Source: Salpingoeca rosetta (taxonomy: Eukaryota > Protista > Choanoflagellata). Taken from it: a DNA stretch of 64,000 nucleotides. The stretch lies in NCBI GenBank assembly GCA_033442325.1, contig JAWQFM010000012.1:1535793-1599792 (forward strand). The letters run 5' to 3'. Within the stretch, counting starts at the first letter, position 1. The number at the start of each line of letters is the position of its first letter. Below the pieces are notes generated by a model that was not told the origin of the DNA, searched no databases, and saw nothing but the letters and a program-made list of their open reading frames with translations. Position numbers and translations under genes: made by a program. Positions 17,324 through 31,668 of the stretch are shown here, one piece after another.

Positions 17324-18555
17324 GCACACACACACACACACACGCACAGGTGACATGCACACGGAAGGCGCACCACGAAAAGCATGCACACATGCAAAGG
17401 CACATGCACCCGCCACAGAGATACATACATATGTCGCGACTGACCTTGACCCTGTCAGACCACTTGAAGGACTGGATGGTGACGTCGATTCGCTTGAGCA
17501 GCATCTGCCGCCGCACCGCATACTCCTCAGACAACTGCGCGTTGATGTCCTCAAGCTTGGCCTTGGTGGTGGTGGTGGTGGTGGTGGCAGAAGACGTGGT
17601 GGTGGTGTTGTTGTTTAAGTTGTTGTTGTTGTTGGTGTTGTTGGTGTTGTTGGTGTTGTTGTTGTTTTTGTTGTTTAAGTTGTTTAAGTTGTTGTTGTTG
17701 TTGTTGGTGTTGGTGGTGGGCAAGGGGTCGGGAGGCATGAATGATCGTGAGAGTGGTGAGAGTGGTGACAGGAGCGGTGGCAAAGCACCGGGGTAGGAGG
17801 TGAATGTAATGAGAGCATGCCATGAGGCTGTTCACAGGCAACCCCCCCCAAAAGCATGGACACGGCTCGACGTGGGTTGTACCCATTGCTCTGGCGAGAG
17901 TTTGTGGGAGAGGATGGGTGGCTCAATGTAGTTTTGTCCAGCCTGCTTCATCAGATGTTGAATCTAACAGGTATCGATGCAAGGACAAGCGAAGAGCGGG
18001 GTGTGAGTGAGACAATGCACACGTATGTGTGTGTGTATGGTGTAGGGTGTGGTGGCTTGTGAGAGGAAGGATGGGCGCAAGAGGTGCAGCACGGCTCACC
18101 CTCGCGGTGATGGCGGAGAAGATTTCAGACGTGGTAGACTGTGCACCTGCCATGGAATATTGCAGCAACGAAGATGAGGTGGTTGGAAGTGCAGCCACAA
18201 CCAAAATCAGAAGCAAGGAAAGAGGAATACATGTCGGGAAACGACATTTGCAGGTCACGTGCAGACAGAGTAGAGGACGGAGCAATGGTGCGAGGGAGGA
18301 TGAGGACAGCATGGTGACACACGAGACACCGCCATGATAGCGGGCAACGTACGGTCGGAGAGGCCGAGGGTCGACAGGACGCTGGCGAGGCGATCCTCCG
18401 CGCTTGTACCAAACTGTGGGTGCGCGAACCAAAAGTACACAGTGTTCAGTTTGCGTCACATGTGATTGCAGTCGGCACGGTACACGTTCACCGCAACTGC
18501 GTAAACAAACAAACAGGAGGCTCACAGATAGACAGAGGGACATAGAGACAGGCAG

Positions 18556-18591
<36 letters not shown>

Positions 18592-19919
18592 GGGAGAGAC
18601 ACACACACACACACAGATATACAGACACACAAATACACAAACACAGACATACACAGACACACAAACACACAAACGCACACAAACACAGACATACACAGAG
18701 ACACAAACACAGACATACAACCAAACGCAGCACAGTGCCGCACATCTGTGGCGACGTCCATTTTGTCACTGGTCTGTGAGCGGATCATGCGTGCTGTCTG
18801 GGCCTCGGAGCACAGCCATTCTGATCGGGGAGGAATGAGATGGAGGGTGCACGTGTTTGGGGTGAAACACAGAGAAAAGGCTGGGCTGCAGGAAGATGGA
18901 CGCAGGAGGAGAGCTCGTGGGCTAACAGCAAAGGAGATGTGTATGGAGCCGTGGCACCAACGTAACCACCATACGCACACATGCGGGCACAGGCACACGA
19001 GCACCTGGTTTCTTGCTTACCCAGCAGGTTGATGCGTGATGTCAGATCGCGGACGGCGGCAAACGTGTCCTTTTCAAACTCATCAAATGGGCACCCTGAA
19101 CGTACAGCAGGGGAACGTGTTCAGGACATGTGTGCCAGTCAAGTAAGCGAGAAAACACAAATATGGCCACACACACAAGTGCATGCACTGTAAGGTGGTT
19201 TTGGTCACTCGCGCTGTACTGACCGGCTTCTTGCAGGAACGAGCTCAACTCAATCAGCAGGGCAGATGTGTCATCACCTGCAACCCGAACCATGAAATAC
19301 GCAACACAAGAAATGCAGCGTCAGTCACACAAACACACACAAACGCACACAAGCTCACAAACACGCACACACACACAAGCACACAAACACGCACACACAT
19401 ACATACACACACACGCACATGCACACACACGCACACACACACACACACGTACACACGCACACACGCACACAAGCACACAAGCACACAGAGAGGAGTGTAG
19501 GCGGTTATGGGTTGAGGGTGGAACGCACCACTGGACACGACAGTCTCCAGGCGCCTGGCCTTTGTGATGGCGTTTGAGAGGAACACGCAGATGGCAACAA
19601 AGAGTGGAGAATCCACGCCTTCCAGTAGTGCCTCATCCAAGTCATCAGGGCCAGGAAGCGGCGAGTACCTGTCAAAGCATACAAGTGTGAGTTGGCAATG
19701 GCTGGGTTGATGATGGTTGCTGATGGATGGTTGATGATGATGGGTGAGAAAGAACCACGTGGTGCATGAGCAGCGTGGGTGGTGCGGTTGCCAGTGAGAC
19801 GCCCATTGCTACAACTGCCAGCACTGCGAGCTGCTAGCTACCGTTGGCGCTGCGACTACTCACGCCAGGTCTTCCAAGGCATCCAAGATGGCGTCCGAGC
19901 GCGCCTCTGGCACAGACAT
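15665..19919 (-). CDS. FAM98: FAM98 family protein (DUF2465) with RGG-rich tail, multi-exon
   Basis: N-terminus MSVPEARSDAILDALEDLA|Y, core LEDINAQLSEEYAVRRQMLLKRIDVTIQSFKWSDRVK, IFIGD|VPDRGGRPTE, Gly/Arg-rich tail ending GGRVQG|GWSKS-TGA. Confidence 0.9.
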
Positions 19920-20078
19920 GGCGAGGGCGAAAGCAAGCAAGGTGCAGTGGTTGATGGAGCAAGCAAGGTGGCTCGTTGGTGTAATTGATGTCAAACACGA
20001 CAGCATGAAGTGCATAAACGCAATGATGACTCATCATTTCCACAACCAAGGAGGAAGACAACAGCAGCAGCCACGACG
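19920..20078. promoter_or_regulatory. Probable bidirectional promoter between FAM98 and the CC2D1-like gene
   Basis: Only 159 bp separate the two divergent ATGs. Confidence 0.55.
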
Positions 20079-21554
20079 ATGGACAAGAACAACGATGCGT
20101 TGAAGGCCATGCAGGCGGACGCGGCCAAGCTTGGCTTCCAGATGGCCTCGGAGTCTGACTTTGCTGTCACGGACGAGGAGTTGGAGGGCGACCTGGAAGA
20201 AGTCAACGAGGAAGCAGAGGTCGAGGAACTGGAGGCTGCGTCTCAACAGGAGAAATTGGCCTTCCTCAACACCCGCTTCGAAGAACTCAAGGTGATTGTT
20301 TGTGTGTGCATTTGTTGTTTGGTTGTGTTGTGTTGTGGTGTTGTGTTGTGTGTTGTGTGGGTGTTGGCATTGCTTGGCATGACGACTGTGGCGTGTGCCC
20401 TGCTCATCATTCTTTGAGAGTTTATGTGTTGGAGTCGCTTTGTGGTTGATTTCACACGAGTTGTCCCATCCCATTTTTACAAAGGGCCGTGCGAAGGAGC
20501 TGCGAAACAAGGGTGCTCCCGATGCTGCCGTGGAGGTCGTCAAGCAGCGCGCCATGGTACACGATGCTGTCGCGTCCATGTGTATGTGCATGTGTGTGTG
20601 TATGTGTATGTGCGTATGTGTGGATGTGTGTGTGCGCGTGTGTGCGTGGCCTTTGGTGCGCGGACTGACTTTGCTATCACCCAACACCGCCCCGCCGCTA
20701 CTGCCGCTGCACAGGTGGTCAATGGCATGCGCGAGCGGGTGCAAGCAAATGGCAACGCAGCAATCACACGCATGCCGCAGGTGCCAAGCATCGCACAGTG
20801 CCTCAAAGCTGCACACAGCACACGCGGCAATGCGCGAGCAGCGCCACAGCAGCGGACGCCACCCAAGCAGCAACAGCGGCAGCAGCCATCGCCCAAAAAG
20901 CAGTCGCCGCAGCCACAGCAGCCACGGGGCGAGCGCGAGGCTGATCCTGACCAGGCGGTAGCGAACGTGTTGGCGGCACTACAGGACGGGCAGAAGCTGA
21001 TGGCGCAGCTTGGGGACGACGATGAGGACAACTTTGATGACGCATATGATGACGGCGACGATGACGACGATGATGGCGAGATTGATGTGGACAAGGAGCT
21101 GGCAGAGGAACCAGAGTTTCCCGGGCAAACACGCCAACAGCAGTTGCAGCAGCAGCAGCAGCGGCAGCAGCAACGGTTGGCGGTCGAACATGCGCAGCGG
21201 GCGGACGCAGCTGGTCTGGAGAGCGTCGATGTCCTTGATCAGGACAACAAGGTGTCCAGCAAGGTTGATATCAGTGTCGAGGGTGACGACGACGACGACG
21301 ACGATGATGATGATGAGAATCGACGCACCAGTCTCTCGCGCAGGATCCGGCGGTCTCTCAGTCCTCTCAGCCGATCATCATCACCGTCGTCGGCCAAGCA
21401 GGTCTGCTGCTGGTGGTGCTGGTGGTGGTGGTGGTGGTGGTGTGAAAGTGGTGGTGGTGTGTGAAATGGACTGCAGGAACGGTGGTGAAAACTTGTGTTG
21501 CCAATAACAATGCACAATTGTACACACACACACACACACATACATACATACACA

Positions 21555-21634
<80 letters not shown>

Positions 21635-22352
21635 CGCCATCGCAGGGGAAGGAGTCGAGCTACATTGCGCTGGTGGAGACGACGACGCTGAAGATGCAGT
21701 ACGAGTCAGCGGTGCGCAAACATCGCATTGCCGGTAACGCCCAATATGCCGCGCACTGCGAGAAAATGCTGAGCGTGCTGGTGGATATTGAGCAGCACAT
21801 CCGCGATGGAAAGCCGTTTGATGTCAATAAGCTTCCCTCCCCACCTGATCCAGGTGCGTCGCATGCGTGTGTGTTTGCGTGTGTGTATGTGTTTGGGTGT
21901 GGATGCTTGCATATTCACGCATGTGTGTGTGTGTGTGCACGTCTTGACTCACCCATTTTACGCACACACATTACACCCTGCACAAACACCCACATACACG
22001 ACACGTGGCGTGTGTGCATGCAGTCAAGGACGACAACGCCAAGGCGTACGATGCTCTTGAGCAGACGCTGCGTGCACAGGAGAAGGAGTGCCTTGAACTT
22101 GCACAGAAGTATCACGCGCAGGGCAAAATGGAACACGAGAAGCGACTTAAGCAATTTGCAGACAAGTTCAAGTACGTTTTGAACGTGTGTTTGCTCGTTG
22201 CCTGTGGGTGTGCATGTCGGCATGTGTTGAGATGAGCAGACGTGCACTTACGAGTACACTCACAAGTGGCGTGCATTCATGCAATTTTGTGTGCCTGTGT
22301 GTGTGTTTGTGTTTGTGTGTGTTTGTGTGTGTTTGTGTGTGTTTGTGTTTGT

Positions 22353-22441
<89 letters not shown>

Positions 22442-22605
22442 CCCCTGCCTCCCGACACCAACACTCCAGGCGGGATCTGAATGCGGTGGTGACGATGCGT
22501 GGACGCGGACAGCCGGTCCCATCCACCGAGCAGCGCTCGTTCACATTCAAGCTTGAGCGGTCAGACACATGTGCATGCGCATGGCCTGTGACTGTTTGTA
22601 TGTGT

Positions 22606-22650
<45 letters not shown>

Positions 22651-25600
22651 CTCGTGTCCTTCCTTGTGCGGTTGCGCGTGCACATGGAAACTGCGTGTCG
22701 CCAGTTCCGCACATGTGCTTACGGTATCATGCATATTCGCCACCATTGCCACCACCGGGGCCGCCGCAGCCTGAATCTCGACCTGCGGCAGGAGGATCTG
22801 GCCATCGACGTGAAGCGTGGCATTGCCATCAACCTGCCAAAAGGTGCTGCTGCTGCTGCTGTTGTTGTTGTTTAAGTTGTTGCTGTTGTTGTTTTTGACT
22901 TGCCATCGCCTGTGTGAGACGTGTGCCGTGCTTGAGTTGATGAAGGTGTTGTTGCTGCTCGTGCTTATGTGTTATTAATGCGGCCGTGTGGCACGCCGCA
23001 CACCACCAAACTCACATCGCCGTACAAACGCGTTCATGTTGCTCCCGTGCAAAACACGAAATAGGTGTTGGCAAGGACTACTCCATGAACATCAAGGCCA
23101 GTCTTGCATATCCAAAGGACACAGTGCAGGAGAAGCACAGCAAAGAACACGTGACCTGCGAGCCGCACCCAACCTTCAACCACACCCACTTCAAGGTGAC
23201 CTTGCAACGTACATGCAGGAGCGTGTGTTGTGTGTATGAGTGTTTGGGTGCGCGCGCGTGTGTGTGCGCGTTTGCGAGCTCGTCATCTCATGTAAACACA
23301 GGCTTTTGCGCAATCACGCAGTCGCTCATGCACCATTCCCACCATCACCACCACCACCACCGCCACCACCACCACCACCACCACCATGCTCTGCAGCTGC
23401 ACATCACGCGCGATCGGCGGTTCAAGAATTTCGTTTCCCGCGGTTATGTTGTCCTCGCCATCACCGCCCGCAAGAAAGGATTCAGCTCATGGTTCTCAAA
23501 CGGTGTGTGGTACACACTTTGTGTGTGTATGTGTGTTGTGTTGTGTTGTGTTGTGTTGTGTTGTGTTGTGTTGTGTTGTGTTGTGTTGTGTTGTGTTGTG
23601 TTGTGTTGTGTTGTGTTGTGTTGTGTTGTGTTGTGCTGTGCTGTGTTGTGCTGTGTTGTGTTGTGTTGTGTATTGTGTTGTGTGTTTGCGTGTGCTGCTT
23701 TGATAACTGGATCGCGGGGCTCACTCGCGCTCTTGTTTCCCTTTCGCTCCACCACCATGACACCAACGACCCACGACAGAGATTAATGTGTGTGAATGCA
23801 AGCTTCCCCTGCAAGAGCTGCTGGCGTCATCGGAGGTTCACAAGTGTTTCCCCTGTGGCCGTTCAAAGACCGCAAAGCTTGAGGTGAGAGAACAACATGC
23901 TTGTTTGCATTGCGCATGTAATGGTGTATGCATGCGCGTGGTGTGGACACACGTCAGACCGTCTCACCATTCTCTCCTTCTTGTTTCTGTGCATTACCAC
24001 TCCTATTCCCTGTTCCCCTCCCACCTCCTCCACTTGCGCGTTCGTTACAGGTTGTCCTCCGCCTGCAGTCGCCGCTGGAAGGGCGGGACTTGGTGGACAA
24101 GGAGTACACGTGGACCATCGTGAACCCAACGGCTGCCAAGGCGGCGGCCGTGACGCAAGCGCTGGAGAAGAAGGAGGAGCAGATCACTGCTGCCCTCGCC
24201 CGCTCGCCCAACAAGGACACGTCCACATCGCCGTCGTCGTCGTCGTCGTCACCAGCAACATCACCTGCGTCTGCGCAATCGAGCGGAAACAGCAAGCTTG
24301 CAGCGTATTTGCACCCGAAACACATCACCAGTCACGATGTGCTCATGCTCAGATTCAACCAATACAGTCAGTTGGCGCAGCAAGAATGCGCTGTTTGCAC
24401 CGTGTTTGCCGCCTCTGTATGCGCACATACACGTGTCCGCATGAGCGTGTGTGTGTGCGTGTGTCCGCATGAGCGTGTGTGTGTGTGTGAGCGAGTGAGT
24501 GAGTGTATGTACGCCATGTGTTCGTTGCAATTGCGTTGCTGCATCATCTCCTCCATCACCACCGCTCCCCCCTCATCACCACCACCACCATCACCACCAC
24601 CACCATCACCATCATCATCACCATCACGACCACCGCCTCCGCAGAGGAGAAGCTTGCGCCGTACCAGGCGGCCATCCAGAGCGGTCGCGCCCCAAAGCAG
24701 GTCGCCGCACTCGTCAAGGAGCGGTGCGTTGTGACGGAGGAGGAGGTGGTGGTGATGGTGGTGGTGGTGGTGGTGGTGGTGGTGGTGATGGTGGTGATGG
24801 TTGTACTTTGAGTGCTGGTGGCCAAGTGGTGATCACTCCATGCACTATCATAGCACCTACTTTGTCCACGAATGCACTACCCCCTCATCCTCACCACCAC
24901 CGCCATGACCATCAGGCAACTGTGCGTTGAGCGGCTGAAAGCGGCCAAGGCGACCGTTCGTACAGGGGGTGACAGGCTCAAGGCATACCTGGCCAAGGTC
25001 TTGCGGGAACGGGAAAACTACAGGAAGATAGTGGCCATGTGCAAGGACTCACAGGTGTGGCGTGCACGCGTGTATGTGCGTGTGTGTGTGTGTGTCAAAA
25101 ATGGAAGTGAGTGACTGGATGACATCAACTAGTCTCGCTTGTTGTTGCTGTTGCTGCTGTGTTTGTCAACTCACTTGTGCACCCACCACGATTTTGTCTG
25201 TGCAACAATGATGTTGCTTCAGCCTGACCTGGCTCGCACTGCCATGTTGTGTTACAAAGCAGCAACACAAGAGGTGGGTGCACACCCTTTGTCAAAACTA
25301 GCTTCGTGAGCGAGTGCCTGTGAGCAAGTGTGAGCAAGTGTGAGCAAGTGTGAGGGAGGGTTGGCGTTCAACATAATGTGAACACGTGTGAGTGTGGGTG
25401 TGTACTGATCACTCACACGACGTGTGCGTTCGCAGATTGAGGGAGCGCGGCAGAAGGTGCCGACCGCTGTTGCTGCTGCAGAATCTGCGGTGAAGGCAAA
25501 GACATCCACCACGCAGGCCACCTCGCCCGCCAAAACCACAGCAGAAACAGAAACAGGCGGTGGTGACGATGATGAAGACGATGATGGCAATGACGATGAT

Positions 25601-26169
25601 GACGGTGGTGATGGGGCGGCACCAGTCGCGTCATCATCTGCCGTCTCCGAGACGCAATCCAGCGCTCTGCAGCCGCCACCGTACGCCCCTGCTTTGCTTG
25701 CATGCACATTGAGGCGCATTGTGTTGCGTGTATGAGTGTGTATGGGTGCGTATGAGTGTGGTTGGGTGTGTATGGGTATGGTTGGGTGTGTATGAATGTG
25801 GAACGTATGAGTGTGTATGGGTGTGAAATGTGTGTATGTGTGTGTCGTTGAGGTGGGCATGTGTTGTGGTGTGTGTATGAGCTGATTCTGGACCATGTCA
25901 TCACATTCACGACTATCTGTCTGTGCCTGTGTCTGCATTTGTGTCTCGTTTTATGTGCTTCATTGCCTGCAGGCTCAGTGAGATCCACAGCAATCTTGCT
26001 CTCACGGCCCTGTACGCCGAACTCAGTGAGTTGTCGTTGGAAGTGCAAGGAAAACGGCATGCAATCGTTCGTGTCATGGCTGAAGCGAGCTCACTAGATT
26101 GTGTGCGTGCGTGTGTGTGTCGCGCGCGCGCGCGCGTGTGTGTTATTGTGACCCATTCTCACCACCACC

Positions 26170-26203
<34 letters not shown>

Positions 26204-26404
26204 TCAGATGCTGAGCTGCAGCCGCATGAGTCTGCGTTGGCCAAAGGCGCCGCGTCCCCGCAAGTCCTCAAACTCGCCCGCCAGAGGTGCGGCACGCTCT
26301 CGGTTGCTTGGTGTTGGTGGTAGTGGTGGTAGTGCTGGGGTTGCGATGGTGGGGGGTTGCGATGGTGGGATTGCACTCGTGCAAGTCTCTCTCTCTCTCT
26401 CTCA

Positions 26405-26496
<92 letters not shown>

Positions 26497-27124
26497 TCTG
26501 TCAGGCGCGAGGTGACCCAGCGCATGATGGAGCTGAAGAAGGCGGCGGGTGCAGCAGCAGAGGGCGGTGACCTGAAGGGATATATTACGCAATACATGCA
26601 ACACCTGGAGCGGAACCGCGATGCGTTCATTCAACTGCACAGGGCATACATGAAGCGCCAGAACCAGGTGTGCTTCGTGCGAGTGTGTAATTGTGTGTAT
26701 GCGTGCGTGAGAGAGCGTGGTCTTGTGTGAACGTGTGCCCTGCGTGTATGGGTCGGTTGTGTGCGTGAACTAGTTATGTGCATGCGCGTGTTTCTTTGTG
26801 TTGCTGGTTGCCACATGACATCACCCATCTCATGCTCACTCCTTTTGTGTGCAGGCATTGAGCGAGCGCTATGCAAACATGGCCAAGGGCGCCGCATCAG
26901 AGGTGTGTTGTCAGTCAGTGTATGGATGCGCGCGCCATGCGTTTTGTTGCTGACAGTTGTGTGATTGATGTTGCGGCTGGACAATCTTAATGTCACTGCG
27001 AGCCTGTACATTCACACACGCACGCACACACATATCCGTTCTCACTTACGATTGCACACGTCATTAACCTGATACTTCCCTGTGTCAGATTGAGGAGACA
27101 AAGGCGGTGTTGCAGCAGCTGTGA
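20079..27124 (+). CDS. CC2D1A/B / Lethal(2) giant discs-like protein (DM14 repeats, C2 domain, duplicated C-terminal helical region), multi-exon
   Basis: N-terminal acidic DEELEGDLEE segment. DM14-like repeats, e.g. LKMQYESAVRKHRIAGN...IRDGKPFDVNKLPSPP. Pre-C2 helical region YDALEQTLRAQEKECL...GQPVP. C2-like LAIDVKRGIAINLP...HPTFNHTHFK...CKLPLQELL...LEVVLRLQSPL. Ends IEETKAVLQQL-TGA. Confidence 0.78.
23535..23685. repeat. (TGTGT)n pentamer array in a CC2D1-like intron
   Basis: Run of GTTGT/GTGTT units. Confidence 0.9.
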
Positions 27125-27202
27125 TGATGGCCGCTAGTCATCCATCCATCCACTGTGACGCGTGCAGTTACGCATGACATTGAACCGTTTCGTGCCCTTG
27201 TT

Positions 27203-27264
<62 letters not shown>

Positions 27265-27984
27265 ACCCGTAAGTCGTACACACGTACCAGTGCCACATAA
27301 ATCAATACACGACGAAGAATAGCAACCAAGCAGCCCAAGCAAGTGTGGCGGTGTTTTGCTTGAAGGTGTGGGGTGTTTATTCGCTGGTGTAAACAGAGAG
27401 TAAAAGGGGCGATGGCTGCACGCACACGCGCACACGCATGGTGTGTGCGGACAAGGCATCAGCCACCACCCAATATGAGACAAGCGCCCAAGGCGAAAGC
27501 CAAAGGAGCGAAAGAACAGCAGCACACTCCACAGGCGAAGGACAGCGCAAACGCACGACAGCGCGTGTAGAGGAGAACACAAAACGAAGAAGAAAAAAAA
27601 AACTATCCTAGGGAATCAGTGTGAGTGTGCGTGTGTGTGTGTGCGTGCGTGTGGACTGATGGTGGCAGGAAAGGAGGAGAGTATGGCGGGGAAGGGAAGC
27701 GCAGCTGGCGCAATCAAGCCCATGGACCAGGAAGGGAAAAGGAAAGAGGAAGAAAAAGATGAGGAAGAAGAAAAAGCAGCAACTACATAAACGCATGTTT
27801 GCTGGCTTGCGTGGATGGGTTGTGGACAGCACATGGGCGAGCGAGCGAGCTTGTGACCAGCAAGTTGTGACAGCAAAACAGCGGAAGAAATGAGGCGAAA
27901 GAATACGGGGGCGCACACGCGTGTGCTTGCGCGTATGCACATGGGTGCGCCAATCACCGATGGACACATCACCAGCAAAGGCAT

Positions 27985-28980
27985 CTACATGATGGCACAC
28001 TTCTTCTTCTTGCCACCGCCACCACCATTGCCTGTCGGGTTTGTGCGGCGGAGAAGGCGAATAATGTGTGCAAATGCATCCCGTACGTTGGTGCTCTCCT
28101 GCAGTCACCAGCAAGCAGTGGTCGCCAAGGCCAGCGCACAAGCACGCGTGAGCATACGCCATTCGAGGGAATGTATAGGCACGTAATGAGGTGTGCTGGT
28201 GATGGGTGTGGCGGCAGGAGCGAGTACAACTTGTTGCAGCAGTGTAAGGTGCCAAGAGCCGTGCACTTGGGTCAATCAATCGTGCACATATGACAGCAGC
28301 AGAGAAGGCAGCGGGAACCGACCTTTGCTGATGTCTCCATGTACGTGATGTTGTGTTGCTCGCAAAACCCTCTCGCAACAGCCTCCTCCACTTTTCGCCT
28401 GTCTTTCAAATCCTGGGTGGTAAAGGATAATGGTGGTGGCGGTAATGACGATGATAGCGGGTGAGGAAGGCGGTCGTGGGGAGAGCATGAGCCAGCACGC
28501 ATGGAGCGAATGTGGAGGGGCGTGAATGCGCTTGGGATGAATGCACTTGACGTGTTGAGAGCACCAAACCGACACAAGTGCGGACACCGACGTAGAAAGT
28601 TGTACACGGCGACAAGTGCACATCGCCTCACGCACATCCCCCGTCCCCAACTTCGCTCCCACCCAAAACAAAACCAAAAGAAGCATTTTGGCTTACGCAT
28701 TTGTTGCCGACGAGGAGGATGGGCGTGACATCCTCGTCCATGAAGAGTTTTTCGACCTTGGTCACAAGCTTGGTTGCCTCCTTGTAGCTCGCGTCATCCG
28801 TAATGGAGAACACAATGATAAACGCCTGCGCGGTGCAATGAGATGCGGCGGCGGTGAGCAAGCGACGAACGTAGCGTGCTCACACGAAGCAAGCGCACAC
28901 AACGAGGCTCATACACATGCAGCGAGCGCACACGACGTGCGCAAACAACGAGTGCGCGTTCTCGCTCTCTTTCGCACAAA

Positions 28981-29015
<35 letters not shown>

Positions 29016-29667
29016 GACAGGCAGGCAGGCAGGCAGACAGACAGACAGACAGACAGACACACACACACACACACACAAACACGGAACACACACACACACA
29101 CACACACATACAGACAGGGCAGGTGCCAGACCTCTCCAAAGTCGAGGGTAGCATCGCGGAACGACTTGAACTCTTCTTGGCCTGCTGTATCTACAAGCTC
29201 AAGCGGGACTGTATGACCGTCGAGCTCGATGGTTGTGCTGTACGACTCCTCGATGGTCGGGTCATATTCCTTGTGTTGGAGACAGGCACGATGCACGAGA
29301 AGGCAAGCATCACAGTTGGGGCAGGTGAGATGCCAGCACAACTACAACGGGTACGATGCCAAAGGAAGCTGGCGACAACAGCACAATGACACGCAGGCAG
29401 AGAGAACGCGACTGATACAGAAACGCACACACACATTCGCACAGACAAGACAGACAAGCACACACATACACACAGAAAAGAGAGACAGAGAGACAGACAG
29501 ACACACACAGGCACAGAAAAGACAGACTGACAGACAGACAACTCCTCCCCCACTCCGACACACACACACACATCAACACAACCCACCTCGACGAAGCGAT
29601 CTTTGAGGTATCTGAGGGCGATGCAGCTTTTGCCGACGCCACCGGAGCCAATCAACACAATCTTCAT
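27985..29667 (-). CDS. Ras-family small GTPase with polybasic CAAX tail, multi-exon
   Basis: G1 GSGGVGKS, effector region YDPTIEESY, G3 DTAGQEE, G4 NKCD (spliced), G5 ETSAK, C-terminus KKKKCAIM-TAG. First in-frame ATG is at 29667; an upstream exon cannot be excluded. Confidence 0.93.
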
Positions 29668-30362
29668 CTCCCACGATCTGACGTTTCCGAGCTGTTTCTC
29701 AACGGGTGGGCGATGGTGATGCGTCGAGTTGTGTTTTTTGAGTGGAGAAATGGCAATCACGCTCGGGTTTGAAGCACCTCCAGGGCGTGAGGGAGGCACG
29801 GAAGGAGGCGGTTCGCTGGGATAAGAGGGGGTGTGGCAGTTGGTCGATGGACAGGCAAGCAAGGCACACGGGCGAGTGTGTGAATTTGTGCGTGCGTGCG
29901 TCGTGTGTGGTGAGAAATGGTCAACAAGGCAAGTCCCACAAGACACAACAAGCAATGGGAAAGGGCGTGCATGGAGTACAAGGATATGGGAGACAGGTGT
30001 GTGTGTGCGTGAGTGTGTGTAAGCGATGATGACACAGGCCAGCGACCAACAACCAACCCACCAGCGAGGCTTCACGAAGGTGGACTGCTGCTGGCTGCCG
30101 TGGAAAGATGCTGATGATGATTGGTGCTGGTGGGTGGTTGGTTGCTTGGTTGGTTGGTGATGACGGTGTGGGAATCTGCTCTTGCTTCCTTGCTTCTCTT
30201 ACTTGTGCTTGCCGTTTGCTTGCCTGTTTGCTGTGGGCGGTGGCGGTGTGAGAAAAACACACACAAAAAAAAAAAAAAGCAAAAGCATTCGCGATTTGAA
30301 CCTAGCGAACCGGGATTATGAATTGCCCACCCACTTTTTTTGTGCTGTCTTTGATGACGACG

Positions 30363-31408
30363 ATGGCGGACTTGTCGGCTGGCACGCTTGCGGCAGTGGT
30401 GGACATCGCCAAGGAGGTGTGTGCGTGCGTGGAAATGTGTGACGACAGCGTGTCAGTGTGCCTGTTGTGGTCTTGTGACATGACACGATGACGACGACAG
30501 GCGCAAAAGGGGGAGGAGTGTTGTGTCTGCTGACATGCCTGGTAGGCGCGTGTCAGTGGGTGTCATGTCATGATTCTGCCGTGGTGGCGCATTTCATCAC
30601 CCCAAATTACCTGTGTTTGCCTGTGCGTTGCAGGCGGGCGAGAAGATCCGCTCCGTCTTCCACACGCCGCGCGAGGCATCTGTCGTGGACGACAAGACAG
30701 TGGCCAGCATCGATCTGGTCACTGACACGGACAAGGCCTGCGAAGACATTATCGTCAAGTAAGTGAGTGAGTGAGTGAGGGAGTGAGTGAGTGAGTGAAT
30801 GCGTGAGTGAGTGTGTGAGTGAGTGAGTGAGTGTGTAAATGTGAGTGAGTGTGAATAAACGTATGCATTTTTTTTTATGTGTGCCTGTTTTTTCAATGCT
30901 CCACCGACACCCGTTTGGCCCCCCTCCACCCACTGCTTGTTGTTCTGCAGACGGCTGCGTGAAAAGTTTCCGGGTTATGAGGTGCTCGGGGAAGAAAGCG
31001 CTTCGGAGAACGGCGGCTATGCGCTGACAGACGCACCAACATGGATCATTGACCCCATTGATGGCACCACAAACTTTGTTCACCGCAATCCAGAGGTTTG
31101 TGTGTGTGTGTGTGTGTGTGTGTGTTGTGGGCGTTCGTTTGTATGTATTCTGCTTGTGCGTATTTGGGGTGCGTGTGTTTGGTTTTGTGTTTGCACGCGT
31201 GCTTGCCAGCGATCGCTTATGCGCAAGCCATCGGGATGGACTGTGAGTGTGCATGCGTTGTGTTGACATGACGTGCACATGCGTGCTCGCCATACTTTGA
31301 ACGTCCCCTCCCCTCCCCACGTTCTGCTGTGACAGATCTCCGTCTCCATTGGCCTGTCCATCAAGAAAGTGCCCAAGCTTGGCGTCATCTACAACCCGAT
31401 CCGCGATG

Positions 31409-31473
<65 letters not shown>

Positions 31474-31622
31474 ATTTTTGCTGCGTGAATGCGTGTTGTG
31501 TAATGGGTCAAGAAAAAATGGCACACTTTGCAGTCTCCCGCTGCGTCTCTTGTCTTTGCCTGTTTCTGTTTCTCTGACAACATCGTATGAGTTTCACACT
31601 GAGTTCCTCACTCCCTCTCTTT

Positions 31623-31668
<46 letters not shown>

